DNA from: Giardia intestinalis
Lineage: Eukaryota
DNA length: 64,000 nt
Assembly (NCBI GenBank): GCA_000002435.2
Contig: CM018793.1
Direction: 5' to 3' (one strand)
Part shown: positions 11,201-21,495 of the stretch, one piece after another
How the letters are laid out: every line of letters begins with the position of its first letter
How positions within the stretch are numbered: position 1 is the stretch's first letter
The notes under the pieces: generated by a model
Told to the model about the DNA's origin: nothing
Databases searched by the model: none
Seen by the model: only the letters and a program-made list of their open reading frames with translations
Made by a program: the position numbers and the translations under genes

Positions 11201-13530
11201 GACCCTGCCCACTGCTGCGCAAGGACGCCGCAGAGGGTGCCTCTGAGAAGCCACTCTAGGGTGTGCGCGCGAAAGAGGCCGGCGATTGCCTATTGCTGTC
11301 GTTGCTGCAAATACTTGAGAGCGGCGGGCCACCCGATAGTAGACGCGTCAGGGGCTGGAGCTGCTTACTGCCAGACGCTGCGATGCTCGCTCGTTGGCGC
11401 GGTCTATTGCTGCTTGATCAACTCCTCAAGACCCGAAAAAATCAGAAGATGAAGCAAGCCCAGTAAAGCGCTTCCTCCTCGGCTCTGTCCCTAGCATCAC
11501 TAGTATCAAGACAGAGATGGACCCGAAGACAGGACCCCAAGAGCTATCTCGGCAGTCTCTGGGGCATTCCTACTTTAGGCCCTTGTGTACTGGGCCGCTA
11601 CTGCGCACAGAGCGAGGACATGTGTGGCGGCGCCCATAGAATAGGCGCCAGAACAGCTGTGGCCGTGGCCATGTCTGGTGACTGGTGTTCTACCCCCAGA
11701 GCTTCGAGCGGGGAGTATGGCTTGCCTTCTCTAGCTCTGTGATCATGGGGATAAGAAGCGCCTCAGCAAACAGGCTACAAGGACGCTCCGCCGCAGTTCC
11801 CTGGCTTGGAGCGGGTCGCCTCTCGAAAAGCGTCGGTGCATGGCTCATGAACCAAAGGAGGGGACCTGTTGGCCTGTGCAGGCCTCTAATGCCAGAAGGC
11901 TACCCGCCCGGTCTCACCAGCACATGTAGACGACCCTGGAAGCTCTGAGCATCCGCGCCCTCACAGTGAACAGGTGTTGGCTCCAGAGCAAGGAAGAAGA
12001 CGCCCCACTGCGTCCTCGTGCAGTACCACTCTCTCAATGCATAATGTATGGGGCGGCATATAATATCAGTACTGGCCAGGCAGTCTGTCGACCGGGAGCT
12101 CAGATGACGGCTCACCCGCTACCTGAGTGATTTCCCGTGCGAGCCACTGCCGTCCTGGGCAAGCGGGTATCTCTCGCTCGTGTACCAGCTGAGATCAAAA
12201 TCCAGAGTCCGAAGATCAGATGCCCTCGATCCCGACAGGAGAAGACTCTGTGCCCCGTCCCCCGGAAGCCGCTGCTCCTCACGTTACCTCTAGGGTTCCC
12301 CCTTCCTCTGGCCCATCGGGGTCAACTATCGTCTGGCACTGGTGGGCACCCGTTATTCAGGGCCTTGCGTTTGTCGCGGCGATCTGGTCTCCACGTGGCC
12401 CGGGCCCTGGTGCTCCATGACGAAGATCGCACGCCACGACCCCGGGTGTCTACCCCGTTCCTCGGGTGCCTCTTCGTCTCCTCGTGGATTATACCATCAG
12501 TCTCGAGTATGATCGGAGGGTGCGCTCCACGTACGCCTCCATCTTGAGGTTGTGGTACGCATTCGTGGATGTCGATGGAGTACTCCCATGTGTTGTGTCG
12601 GGGAGAAGTATGGCCCTCTGCTCATGGATCGCAGGGCGCTCTTGCAGGTGCTCCGTCACCCAGCACGAGACCGTGTCGACGCTCATTCTGTGCAGTGTGT
12701 CTGGCTCAGTGACGTGTGGGCTCCATCTGCACTGCACAACACACTTGGGGTGATGCTTCGGTCTGTCGAGGCGTCGGTCCAGGGCCACCTCTCTGAGAGG
12801 CGTCGTCTGAGGCACCAAGAGCGATTAGGACTGGCTCACCGAAGTCGGCTTGCTCGGCAGACGACACCTGTCTACTCGAGGGTGTCAGGCACTGCCAACT
12901 GCTGTGGCAGACACCCGGCAGGTGGCCCAGGCCACTACTCTCCGGTGCGGGCAGGATCAGTCCACCTCTGCCAGCCAAGCACCCCAACTCCTATTTCTTG
13001 TCGAGGGATTTACATGGGTCACGTGTGGGTCCATCTCGACCAGCGGGCAATGATCCTGGTGAGCGTCAGCTTAGCGTGTGAGAGGCTGATCCCACCACCA
13101 GCCTCGGACGCTCATCTGCATTCGTTACCACCCTGGAGGAGGAGGCACAATCCTCCCCGTCGGAGCTGGACGACATCTGACCTTCTGATTTCGGATTCTG
13201 GATCTCGGCCGGTGCATGGGGGGAGTGGCTTGTCCGGGGCGGCGGTGGCTCGCATGGAGGACCTGGTCAGGTAGCAGGGGACAACCCCGCCCCGGTGAAG
13301 CGGAGAGTAAATGAGTGATCAGATGACGGCTCTGCCGCCGCGAGGCCAGCGTGCCATCCCCCGATGCACGGAGCATCTGCATCCTGGTTCGTGCCATGGA
13401 CCGGCCTTTCATGCTTCTCACGTTCTGTTGCTTCCACGATGTGTCGACTAGCCTACGGGCTGGCCATGATCGTCGGGCAGCACCTTCTCAGGGGTGCCAC
13501 GGCACAGGCGGCCGGGCGCGCTGCAGCACT
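8281..13530. repeat. Arm B of the large inverted repeat
   Basis: It is the reverse complement of 1438-6687 and all ORF translations are identical. I found a single mismatch, near the inner boundary. Confidence 0.9.
8829..10988 (-). CDS. variant-specific surface protein (VSP), 719 aa, copy 2, identical to copy 1
   Basis: The translation is identical to 3980-6139. It is convergent with copy 1. Its AGTAAAT polyA signal is at 8810-8816 on the minus strand. Confidence 0.95.
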   Translation of the reverse strand: MFGRFLLAGAILQLARAACEEDKTSTDGKCKTCGVTIGQDTWCSVCIGENYAPINGTCADITTDSVGSVFCTQKAGGVCTQCAGNSFMFAGGCYSSSEGLPGYNLCLRSAGNGVCAEAAPGYFIPGETAATKPSVISCSDKTGLLITAHTYKGVEFCEECSGSELTSGQDGTAKCTKCGASKYLKDNACVDNAEACGKGYFGKPDAAAGNKCIACTDQSDGGTAGCAECMYDSNTRKAICTKCTTDYLRKKADGTTECVAANECDDTQKGFYKVVDSTNGNKCVSCADGAGLAVGTDGAWKGVDGCAKCIKPADINTPTKCDECKPGYEISTDKTKCTSTAPPDCPIENCKVCSEDKRACEECNSNNYLTPTRMCIDDCKKIGNYYYTSNANNKLICKECAVANCKECENTGTCKTCDDGFYKSSEECKACDSNCKTCNGGTSADCTKCLSGAVLKYGNDGTKGTCGAGCATGTGAGACKTCGLIIDGTSYCSECAVETEYPQGGVCSSTTVRAAATCKAGSVAKGMCNSCTNGFLRMNGGCYETTKFPGKSVCEEAASAGDTCQKEAPGYHLNNNDLVTCSPGCKTCTSNTVCTACMEGYVKTSDSCAKCAAGCATCTGSTTACDTCSTGYYKSGTTCVSCTESNSDKTITGVANCASCAPPLNNKGSVLCYLIKDSGSTNKSGLSAGAIAGISVAVIIVVGGLVGFLCWWFMCRGKA

Positions 13531-14029
13531 ATAGAGCAGGATGGTTTTACTGGAAATTTCGATGCGCTCCAGGCAACGGACCCCCTGAAGATCGCACATG
13601 TGGCCGACAGAAAGTACAAGATGCTCCTCTGGAACCTCTCCCTGTTCTTTTCGGTTGTCCTGGAGCGCCGGCGGTTCAGCACCATCGGTTTCAACTCGCC
13701 TTATGACTGGTCCGACCCAGACCTGCACATATCCAAGACGCAGCTGCTTACTAAGTTCCAGGAGATTGCAATCTGCGATCAAGCCAGCTTCCACAAATTT
13801 CTAAGTGATTATCGGATTACAATTTTAATAGGGCAGAGCACATCTACCTATCACGGGAGAATACCAGAATCGTTAAAGATACCCGCCTAAAAAATAAGTC
13901 TTTCGCACTTTCCATAATATAAAGCTATTTGGCATGATATTAATTTCATGGATTAGTAATAGAGCTAGCTACCTCAGTAGGGAGAATTAGATCAGTGCCA
14001 TTAAATCACCTTTAAGCAGCTGGTCTAAT

Positions 14030-17000
14030 TCAAATATGTTTACTAATAGATAGCTTTGCATCTAACTGCCTTCTGCACATTTTTTGTTGCTTGCGCCCGA
14101 GACGCACATAATCATCCTTGAGAAGGGCGTCATATGGACGGATATAGTAGCGCGTTATATGATAATAGCTTCCTAGGATCATAGCTTTTAATTTCCCGGG
14201 TGTGGGTTGAGACCCTGAAACAGAATCGTAAAAGTTGTATCGTATCCATGAAACTCCAAGCAATGCAAAGGCCTGGGAATTAATTCTATAGAACTGACGC
14301 AGCCGGCGCATGAGTTCTGTTACATACCATAGCACCACTGCATTTCTGGCGCGATCTAACTTCAAAAAGTTGTTTAGGTCTTCTTCGGTATTGATTTCGC
14401 TGAGCATGCCATCAGCATGGATAGGCTCTGTCAAATTGTACTGCAGCGCGTTCAATACCATTTTATGCATATCTTGGATTATATCTATAAAACATTTGAA
14501 TACACATTCTCTCACTCGTGGCTTTGAAACATGGGCCTCTATATCTTTCATGAATACTGGTGTGCTGATGAACTTTGTGTAGATTTCATAATTCTTTGTA
14601 TCTATTAAACACTTCATGTTAAACCAATATGTAAGCCCTTCGGTGCTGTCACTCGGGGACTTCAACGCTGATATCTCGTCCAGAAAAGATTTTAATCGCT
14701 TTCCCGCCGTATCGCGCATCTCCTGAGAAAACCTAAGGACGTCAACGATTTCACTGGGAAAATCGATTGTTGTTTCAAATGTGTTCTGTTGTAGTGTACC
14801 GTTTGAGATCATCTCTGCTTTATTTTTGACTGCCATTGTATAGAAGATCTTATCACGCGTGGTCTGTGAAGGCTTCTGGTCACTACCCCACTTCTCTTCC
14901 GCAAGCTTGTTCTCACATATCAGCAAGCAGTGGGTGTGTGGGGCTGTTGGCCAATACTCTTCACTGCAGCGGTCAAGCTCAAACATGTAACTGCTGAGCT
15001 TGTCTTGTGACAGCGAGAAGATATTCTTAGTAACCACTCCACGAACCTTGGCGCCGCAATCAGTATAAATAGTAGAAATATGAGTGATTGCGCTATTGAA
15101 GAAACTAACATTGAGAGCATCTCTGGGCGGAAGCTTCGAGATTGTGACCGTCCGGTGCCTATATAATGGCTTCTGCTGTGTATTGGAAATTGCGAGAATG
15201 CCGTAGTGCATAGTGTCTAGTGAAAAACCTGGATATGAATACATATCAATATAAATCGTACGTATAGCAATACGCGACTCTCTAACTAGAGAAAGGTTCA
15301 TCTCTATTTGCTTTTCTTCGGTGCTTGCAGGATCCCCAGATATCTTTTTGATACGCTCTCGATTAGCCTTGATGCTGTCTTTTTCAGAAATAACAAACAT
15401 TGGAACATTATCTTTATACATTTTCTTGAGGTTATTAGCTAAAGCAAGATTCATATTCCCTCTAGTATAATCGCTAACAATAGACATATCCGCAATGATA
15501 CTTGAGCAATGCAAAATCTCATCTCCGCTCTTACTCATAAAGAACTTATCGTCTAAATTTTCCGCCTGCTCGTAAGGATAAATACTGACATCTACGATTC
15601 GGTCTTGATAGTCGCGAGTAACTCCGTAAATCAGTGTGGATCTGCTAGTAAGTTGCTCGAAGAGACGGGTGATCCCAAAGAGGCACTTTCGGGGATCCCA
15701 GTACTCCTTCATCTGATCGTACACAGTGTAGTCATTCATGTCGATGCTATCCACATAGTATATCTCTTTTCCTTTAGCTGATACTCCATCCTCTGAGCCA
15801 GCAACACGTGCCCTAGTGCCCTTCAGCATTTTGTCCCGTACCGATAAAGACCCATCCAATTGGGGAAGATCGTTAGCCTGGCTGCTTATTTCGTTGTCCT
15901 TTTCCATTTTACCACGTTGCCGAGACCTACCCGCCATTCCGGCTTTTGACTTCAGTGTTTTAGCCTGAGCAGAGGAATCTAGAACAAGGCACTTGTCTCT
16001 CATGGTCAATCCACCCCTAGGGTTACTAACACGAAGGCTGAACAGTGTAGAGCGGTTTTTAATGACACGGATGATTCGGGAGATGTTGCACATTGCCATG
16101 TGCTCGTCGTCCGTCCATCGCTGCCAACACGATTTAACGAGTCCTTTTATGCCCTCGTCAGAAAGAGCTGCACGCGCCTGTTTTACTGGATAGAAAATAT
16201 GAAAGGGGTATACTGCATCGGTGAAGCCTTCCTGACACAAGGGATCGTAGCTATTGGTTTGGACTCCATGATCCACGTCGTTTCCTAGACAAGAGAAGAT
16301 TTCCCGCGGCTTCATGGTGATGGAACTATAATTGGCATAGTTATTAAAGGATGAAATCATCCTTTCGTCAGGAAAGGCCTGAGAATTAATTGTTCCAGAA
16401 ATAGAGTCAGGAAAAACATGTTCCGTGATCGCATTGGCATATCCAGAGATTATCTTTTCAACGCGGTCTTCTCCAGCATCCTTTAATACTTTCTTAGAAA
16501 GAAACGGACAACCTCTGTATGTCATAAAGTCTGATCCTAAGTTATGAGTTGGCAACACGGTTTTCCCCGACAAGAACAGGCTTGCTCTCTTAAGCTTATA
16601 GCGTGCGGCCGCCAGCTTCTCTTGATTTTTGTTATCCATTGCTCGCAGAGCGTGCACATGGATGATGTTATGCTGGTCAGTTGTCAGTATGTCCCGTATA
16701 CCTGTGTCATCAATGATCTCAATGATCTTTTGCATGTATCCTGACCACAACATGTTGCTCTTATCAGACCTATCTAGGTTTGATTTGGCTATCAGGCTTT
16801 GGGAATCTTTTGAGCATTCTGCATCCCTCATTGATAAAACAACGTTGACAGGATGCAAGTGTTCTTTGAATGCTCGCCTGATATGTGTCGGTAAATACTC
16901 TACGTGACTGCTAGACGACCCAGACACCCGTACATCCTGATACCGATGTTCTTCAAGGATCTTACTAGGAAATCCTGTATTAACAACATTAAATTTGTCA

Positions 17001-20000
17001 AGCGGAAGACGCCGCAGTATGTGTACGGGTGTATTGATACAGAATTCTATTTCACTGGCGCAAAGCCCAAACTGCTCGATATGGACGCGTAAGTCATCTG
17101 GGGCGGAGGCACGCTGGCGTGTTTTGGGCAGGAGGGCGGCGTTGCAATTAGTGCAATGAATGTCTGGCCGTTTGTCGAGCTCAAAGACCTTATTCATGCT
17201 CTGAAATATCTCCTGTTCCATGTCATCCTCCTTTTCTGCCTCGAGGCCTCCTTGCTTTGACTTGCTGCGCTTTTGATTTTTATCACGGTTGATAAATGGC
17301 CTTGTAAAGAGCCCTATCTTGGGGAAGGCGCTTGCATGTAGCTTCTTGTATGGATAAAGTATCTGACTATTGACGGGCTGATCGGTTATGACGGAGTAAA
17401 TGCCCTCCAAGAGCGGTCTAGATTGATCCTCTCGCAGAGAGAATGGAAAGATGTGAAGTCTGTTCTTGAAGGGGAGGTCGTGCTTCGGAGAGTTTTCTGC
17501 CTTCTCGCCAAACTTGCTGAGAAGCGAGGTAAAACAGCCAAATCTCAGACTCGTGGCACCAAAACTTTGGTAGGAATTCTCATCAACATATGAGTATGTC
17601 TGGAATTCGTTGTTCTCCCGTATCTTGTGCATGTAAGAAACTCGGAAGTTTGTTAGGAGACAGAGCGCCATTTGAGACCATCCCAAGAATCTATCTATCA
17701 AGAAAAGCTTTGCATCGGATTTTTCTGCGGTCATTTTTGCCGCCTGCATCAAATAATAATCTGCCCGAGATTTGGTTAGAAACCTGTCCACAAACGCCCC
17801 TGATGAAAGGAAATTTTCCAACAGTAAGATGTAGAAAATGTGTGTCTCAGAAACTAGACCTGTGCAAAACTCATCATTCTTGTCCGATTTGTCTCCCTTT
17901 GCAGAGTCTGCCATGTCCTTGAAAAATGATTCTGCGGCAAAGATGCCAAGTAGGTCTTTATAGCGTGTTAGTATGGCGGCCTGAAGCGACGACTTTTCCT
18001 GAGTACCCGTCTTTTGTAAATCGCCCTCTATGTTGAACCGTGTAATGAAGTATCCTATTCTATGCTTTATTATACGCTTTACATTTTCTGGACCAAGGAC
18101 AAAATATACGTTATCACCTATTGACATTTTTTCAGCAAGGCTCTGCTTATTTGTATCTGTAGCTGTTGTAGCTGAGGACGGCTTTTGTCCAGTGGTCAGT
18201 AAAGACTGATCGTCATCAAAAGGGGTCCTCGGGACTGTTGTGTATGATTGTGAGGGATCAGATGCATTAGAAATAGTGTCCTGTGATTGGGCCTTAGACC
18301 TTGGTGCTTGTTTGCGAGCAGGTTCAGCACTATGATTGCCAGGGTCGTTAGTTGTGTTCAGTGTGCCATCAACTTGTTCCTTTTTAGTGTTATCCTTCAT
18401 TTTCTGCAGATCCTTGGCACCAGACTTGCTGTGCTGAACGGTGAACGTCGGGGCAGGGAAGAACTGGCCAGCAAGACAAACAGTTGGTAGTTCACGAAGA
18501 ACCCAGTTTGTAGACCGAAGCTGAAGGGTTGATGCTCCTGCTGGTGCAGAGGACACTGCGTATTGTATGGTAGACTTCTGGGTTACAATGTGCGTCCTGT
18601 CCTTTACAAGAAGAAAGCGGCACCTCTGACCATAGAAGCAACACTGAGCATATCCATGAGGTCCAATAAGATGTGGCGCCACAGTAAGCGTTGTCTTCGA
18701 AATAGTTGTTTTTGTCACGGGATGGATAAAAGGCATATTCTGATCAGTACTATCCATTTCGAGAAGTTGGTTCTGTGAAATAGGTGGAAATAAGTAGAAA
18801 TTAGCTTTGCGCTGTGCTTCTTCAAAGGCAGTAGACGAATGTGGAGAGGTGTCTGTCATGTGCAGATTCTGCGACTCTGGAGCAGCTACAGAGGGGCTAA
18901 TCTGCCGTACTGCATCGGCCCCGTCTGAGTCTTCTGGGAAACCGCAGACTTGATCGGAAGTTGTGTCCATGGAGGTAAAGCAGTAACTCCCTGTATAGGC
19001 TGATGGGTCTCCAGTATAATAGGTATTTATTATAGACTGAATAGTATGCATCTTCCCAAAACTCTTCATGTTCTCTGGGGTGGAGTAGAAAATCCCAAGT
19101 CTGTAAGCCATCCCGGGTAGGCAAACTGAAAGAGGAAAGGGCTCTATGTGTTCGATAACAAAAACCCGCCCCGAATGCGCATATAGATTAGAATTAGAAA
19201 TGATACCATAATCCTGATCCATCCTTGACTTGGAGACCACATTGCCTGATGCTTCCTCTGGATTAACGTATAAGGAAGATAAAATCTGCTTACGATACGA
19301 ATAGATTGGTTGCTGGTCGAGTGGATCGCTTAGCACACCGTTGCGTAGCCCATTAGTAACTGAGAATATAGCCAGAGAATTATCAAATTTCGGCTTGTGA
19401 AACGTGTACATACATCCACCAATAGTGGATAGTGTCAGCGAGCCCAGAAATGGATTTGACAGTGAGCCGAAAACATAGTCAAAGAGCTTTTGCGCATAGA
19501 ACTTATTGACAGATGCCTCAACGCGGTAGAACTCGTCCAGGCTTTTCGTAGACATGATTTTATGGGTAGTAGATACCAATCCATGGGCCTCGTGGTTTTC
19601 ATGCAGAATCCATTTATGATAAGGAGAAAAGGGCCCTGTACTCGCTCCATTATTCTTGAAATAAAGTGTTCGTGCAGACTCTAGTAGAAACAGGTTAACG
19701 TTACCGGTGGCTAAAAGGTTGCTGCAGACGTTGACGAGAAGTGATACATGTGCGGGGAGGACCTTTGCGCCATTAAAGTGGTCAACTACGCTCCGGAGAA
19801 TGTGAATAGGGAACTTTCCATCCAAAAGGCACCTATGCAGAGCACCGGCACCCTGCTCTTTGAGAAGTTGCAAAACAATCTCGAGGAACTCAGGTCCCGA
19901 CGGCACAGTGGTAGTGTAAAAGGATTGAAATACTTGTTGCGGAATGCTTCTTATAAATCCGTCGCCTATGTTGTGTTGTTGTAAAGAAGAACTAACAAGG

Positions 20001-20263
20001 GATGATATATAGCCCAGCTCAGCACCATTGGGAGGATCAAGAGTGCGATCACCTTTAGCTTTGTAGCGGAGGCCAAGGTGCAATCGGTACTGAATCTCGG
20101 ACAGATCGATTTCATAAGAGTGACTTATGTCTTTTTCTGCATATGCATAGAGAGGTACGTCGGCAAGGTCACCCTTATCTGCAGCCCTTGGCCTCCTGTT
20201 ATCATATGAGATGGTGAAGCCGCTCAATAGGTCGAAGGGGATGCTCGCCGTGTTCGCCTCCAT
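14030..20263 (-). CDS. very large hypothetical protein (2077 aa), no recognisable domain
   Basis: This is an uninterrupted 6.2-kb ORF. An AGTAAAC polyA signal overlaps the stop (14028-14034, minus strand). I could recognise no P-loop, kinase or repeat signature by eye. Confidence 0.6.
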   Translation of the reverse strand: MEANTASIPFDLLSGFTISYDNRRPRAADKGDLADVPLYAYAEKDISHSYEIDLSEIQYRLHLGLRYKAKGDRTLDPPNGAELGYISSLVSSSLQQHNIGDGFIRSIPQQVFQSFYTTTVPSGPEFLEIVLQLLKEQGAGALHRCLLDGKFPIHILRSVVDHFNGAKVLPAHVSLLVNVCSNLLATGNVNLFLLESARTLYFKNNGASTGPFSPYHKWILHENHEAHGLVSTTHKIMSTKSLDEFYRVEASVNKFYAQKLFDYVFGSLSNPFLGSLTLSTIGGCMYTFHKPKFDNSLAIFSVTNGLRNGVLSDPLDQQPIYSYRKQILSSLYVNPEEASGNVVSKSRMDQDYGIISNSNLYAHSGRVFVIEHIEPFPLSVCLPGMAYRLGIFYSTPENMKSFGKMHTIQSIINTYYTGDPSAYTGSYCFTSMDTTSDQVCGFPEDSDGADAVRQISPSVAAPESQNLHMTDTSPHSSTAFEEAQRKANFYLFPPISQNQLLEMDSTDQNMPFIHPVTKTTISKTTLTVAPHLIGPHGYAQCCFYGQRCRFLLVKDRTHIVTQKSTIQYAVSSAPAGASTLQLRSTNWVLRELPTVCLAGQFFPAPTFTVQHSKSGAKDLQKMKDNTKKEQVDGTLNTTNDPGNHSAEPARKQAPRSKAQSQDTISNASDPSQSYTTVPRTPFDDDQSLLTTGQKPSSATTATDTNKQSLAEKMSIGDNVYFVLGPENVKRIIKHRIGYFITRFNIEGDLQKTGTQEKSSLQAAILTRYKDLLGIFAAESFFKDMADSAKGDKSDKNDEFCTGLVSETHIFYILLLENFLSSGAFVDRFLTKSRADYYLMQAAKMTAEKSDAKLFLIDRFLGWSQMALCLLTNFRVSYMHKIRENNEFQTYSYVDENSYQSFGATSLRFGCFTSLLSKFGEKAENSPKHDLPFKNRLHIFPFSLREDQSRPLLEGIYSVITDQPVNSQILYPYKKLHASAFPKIGLFTRPFINRDKNQKRSKSKQGGLEAEKEDDMEQEIFQSMNKVFELDKRPDIHCTNCNAALLPKTRQRASAPDDLRVHIEQFGLCASEIEFCINTPVHILRRLPLDKFNVVNTGFPSKILEEHRYQDVRVSGSSSSHVEYLPTHIRRAFKEHLHPVNVVLSMRDAECSKDSQSLIAKSNLDRSDKSNMLWSGYMQKIIEIIDDTGIRDILTTDQHNIIHVHALRAMDNKNQEKLAAARYKLKRASLFLSGKTVLPTHNLGSDFMTYRGCPFLSKKVLKDAGEDRVEKIISGYANAITEHVFPDSISGTINSQAFPDERMISSFNNYANYSSITMKPREIFSCLGNDVDHGVQTNSYDPLCQEGFTDAVYPFHIFYPVKQARAALSDEGIKGLVKSCWQRWTDDEHMAMCNISRIIRVIKNRSTLFSLRVSNPRGGLTMRDKCLVLDSSAQAKTLKSKAGMAGRSRQRGKMEKDNEISSQANDLPQLDGSLSVRDKMLKGTRARVAGSEDGVSAKGKEIYYVDSIDMNDYTVYDQMKEYWDPRKCLFGITRLFEQLTSRSTLIYGVTRDYQDRIVDVSIYPYEQAENLDDKFFMSKSGDEILHCSSIIADMSIVSDYTRGNMNLALANNLKKMYKDNVPMFVISEKDSIKANRERIKKISGDPASTEEKQIEMNLSLVRESRIAIRTIYIDMYSYPGFSLDTMHYGILAISNTQQKPLYRHRTVTISKLPPRDALNVSFFNSAITHISTIYTDCGAKVRGVVTKNIFSLSQDKLSSYMFELDRCSEEYWPTAPHTHCLLICENKLAEEKWGSDQKPSQTTRDKIFYTMAVKNKAEMISNGTLQQNTFETTIDFPSEIVDVLRFSQEMRDTAGKRLKSFLDEISALKSPSDSTEGLTYWFNMKCLIDTKNYEIYTKFISTPVFMKDIEAHVSKPRVRECVFKCFIDIIQDMHKMVLNALQYNLTEPIHADGMLSEINTEEDLNNFLKLDRARNAVVLWYVTELMRRLRQFYRINSQAFALLGVSWIRYNFYDSVSGSQPTPGKLKAMILGSYYHITRYYIRPYDALLKDDYVRLGRKQQKMCRRQLDAKLSISKHI

Positions 20264-20682
20264 TGTTGGTGTCCTTTTGTCTTAATATTTATTGACTCTG
20301 TTATCTCAAGAGGCAGATGACAGAGGGCAGCTTCAACATGACAACGGGCCAGCTGTGGGTGTCCGTTCATTAGTGGACACATATTGTATGTGCTGATATT
20401 TATGTAGTCTGTGATCTTTGCATGTGACCTGAGAGAAATTAGGTAAGTCTTAACTGTTTAAGGAGCAGAATTTTAGCATGCAACTGTAATAAGACGATCT
20501 TCTGTAAGGAGCAGCGCCCCTCACTACTAAGTTAGCAGAGCAAACCGGTATGGTCGTCTTCAGAGCATCAAGACTACTAACGTTGTTGCAATTTACATAT
20601 GGTACCTGAAGAAAAACTATCTGCTCCTATTGTAGTGTTGGTGGCTTGGTAAACCTCGTGGAGATAGCCTCCACCATAAAAA

Positions 20683-21363
20683 ATGTCTCAACGACAAGAT
20701 TCCGAGGAGCTTGCATCCCAGGTTCAGAAGAGACTGATGGCGTTACAAGTACGTTTCGAGGAGGACGTCTTTGTAAGCATACCTGCGAAGATAAGTCGTA
20801 TTCAGACTCTCTTGGAGACAAGCCCCTATCTGCAGCCCGCATACATTACCGAGTTCTCTGCCAACGTTGCTACGCTCCTGAAGAGTGCGTACCCTACAGC
20901 AGAAAACCCGGCTGGTGACACAAAGGGCCTGGTCAAGGAGCTCTCTATTTGTCCGGTCACCATCATTGAAACCCAAACTCTTTTGACGAGCGAAATGAAC
21001 GCTGTCCAGCGACTCATTGCGCGCATTATGTTTAACCTCGTCTATCTTGGGACGCGAGACGAGTTTCGCTTGGAGAGCGAGAGTATCATCGACCAGGCCA
21101 CAACGCAGTGTGGCAACCTGCACTCTAGTATTACCGCCCTGCTTCAGCGGGCGACGCACTATCAGATCACAAGGGGAGCATTTGTGGCGAAGCTCAAGAA
21201 AACGGGGCTCTTTGATTTCGCAAAGTCCATTACCGAGATCGACACGAGCCTCCTGTCGCAGTATGCGGCGGACTTGCGTACGATCCAGAGCGGCATGCAC
21301 CTGGCGGCGTATGCGCTTGTGCGGCTGTTCCGGGACCAACGCGTCCGAGTTGGGAGTGAATGA
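20683..21363 (+). CDS. hypothetical protein (226 aa)
   Basis: The ORF has an A-rich initiator context (ataaaaaATG). Its amino-acid composition looks typical of coding sequence. Its function is unknown. Confidence 0.55.
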   Translation: MSQRQDSEELASQVQKRLMALQVRFEEDVFVSIPAKISRIQTLLETSPYLQPAYITEFSANVATLLKSAYPTAENPAGDTKGLVKELSICPVTIIETQTLLTSEMNAVQRLIARIMFNLVYLGTRDEFRLESESIIDQATTQCGNLHSSITALLQRATHYQITRGAFVAKLKKTGLFDFAKSITEIDTSLLSQYAADLRTIQSGMHLAAYALVRLFRDQRVRVGSE

Positions 21364-21415
21364 GCCAGCGCCAATGAGAATCTATAACCAGTGCTTCCTA
21401 AGTGGCGCGCCGCGC

Positions 21416-21488
21416 GTCTGTGTAGCTCAGTCGGCAGAGCGATAGTCTCATAAGCTATAGGTCGTGAGTTCAAGCCTCACCACAGGCA
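21416..21488 (+). tRNA. tRNA-Met (anticodon CAU), elongator-type
   Basis: A 73-nt cloverleaf was folded by hand. The acceptor stem GTCTGTG/CACAGGC forms 7 bp (one G-U), and T8 A9 are present. The D arm is GCTC-AGTCGGCA-GAGC. The anticodon stem ATAGT/GCTAT carries the loop CTCATAA. The T arm is GTGAG-TTCAAGC-CTCAC and the discriminator is A. G1-C72 and the T-loop argue against initiator identity. Confidence 0.85.
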
Positions 21489-21495
21489 CTTTGTC

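Noticed and set aside
1438-13530. Mobile element (GilM/GilT/GilD retrotransposon) or prokaryotic-style defence/CRISPR island as explanation for the duplicated region
   Set aside because: There is no reverse-transcriptase or endonuclease ORF, no LTRs, no target-site duplications and no CRISPR-like short repeat-spacer periodicity. The locus is eukaryotic, and the arms contain only a VSP gene plus non-coding DNA.
13351-13890. 179-aa ORF spanning the outer boundary of arm B
   Set aside because: It is chimeric. Its first 60 aa are arm sequence identical to the mirror ORF 1405-1617, and the remainder is unique flank. There is no homology and no initiator context.
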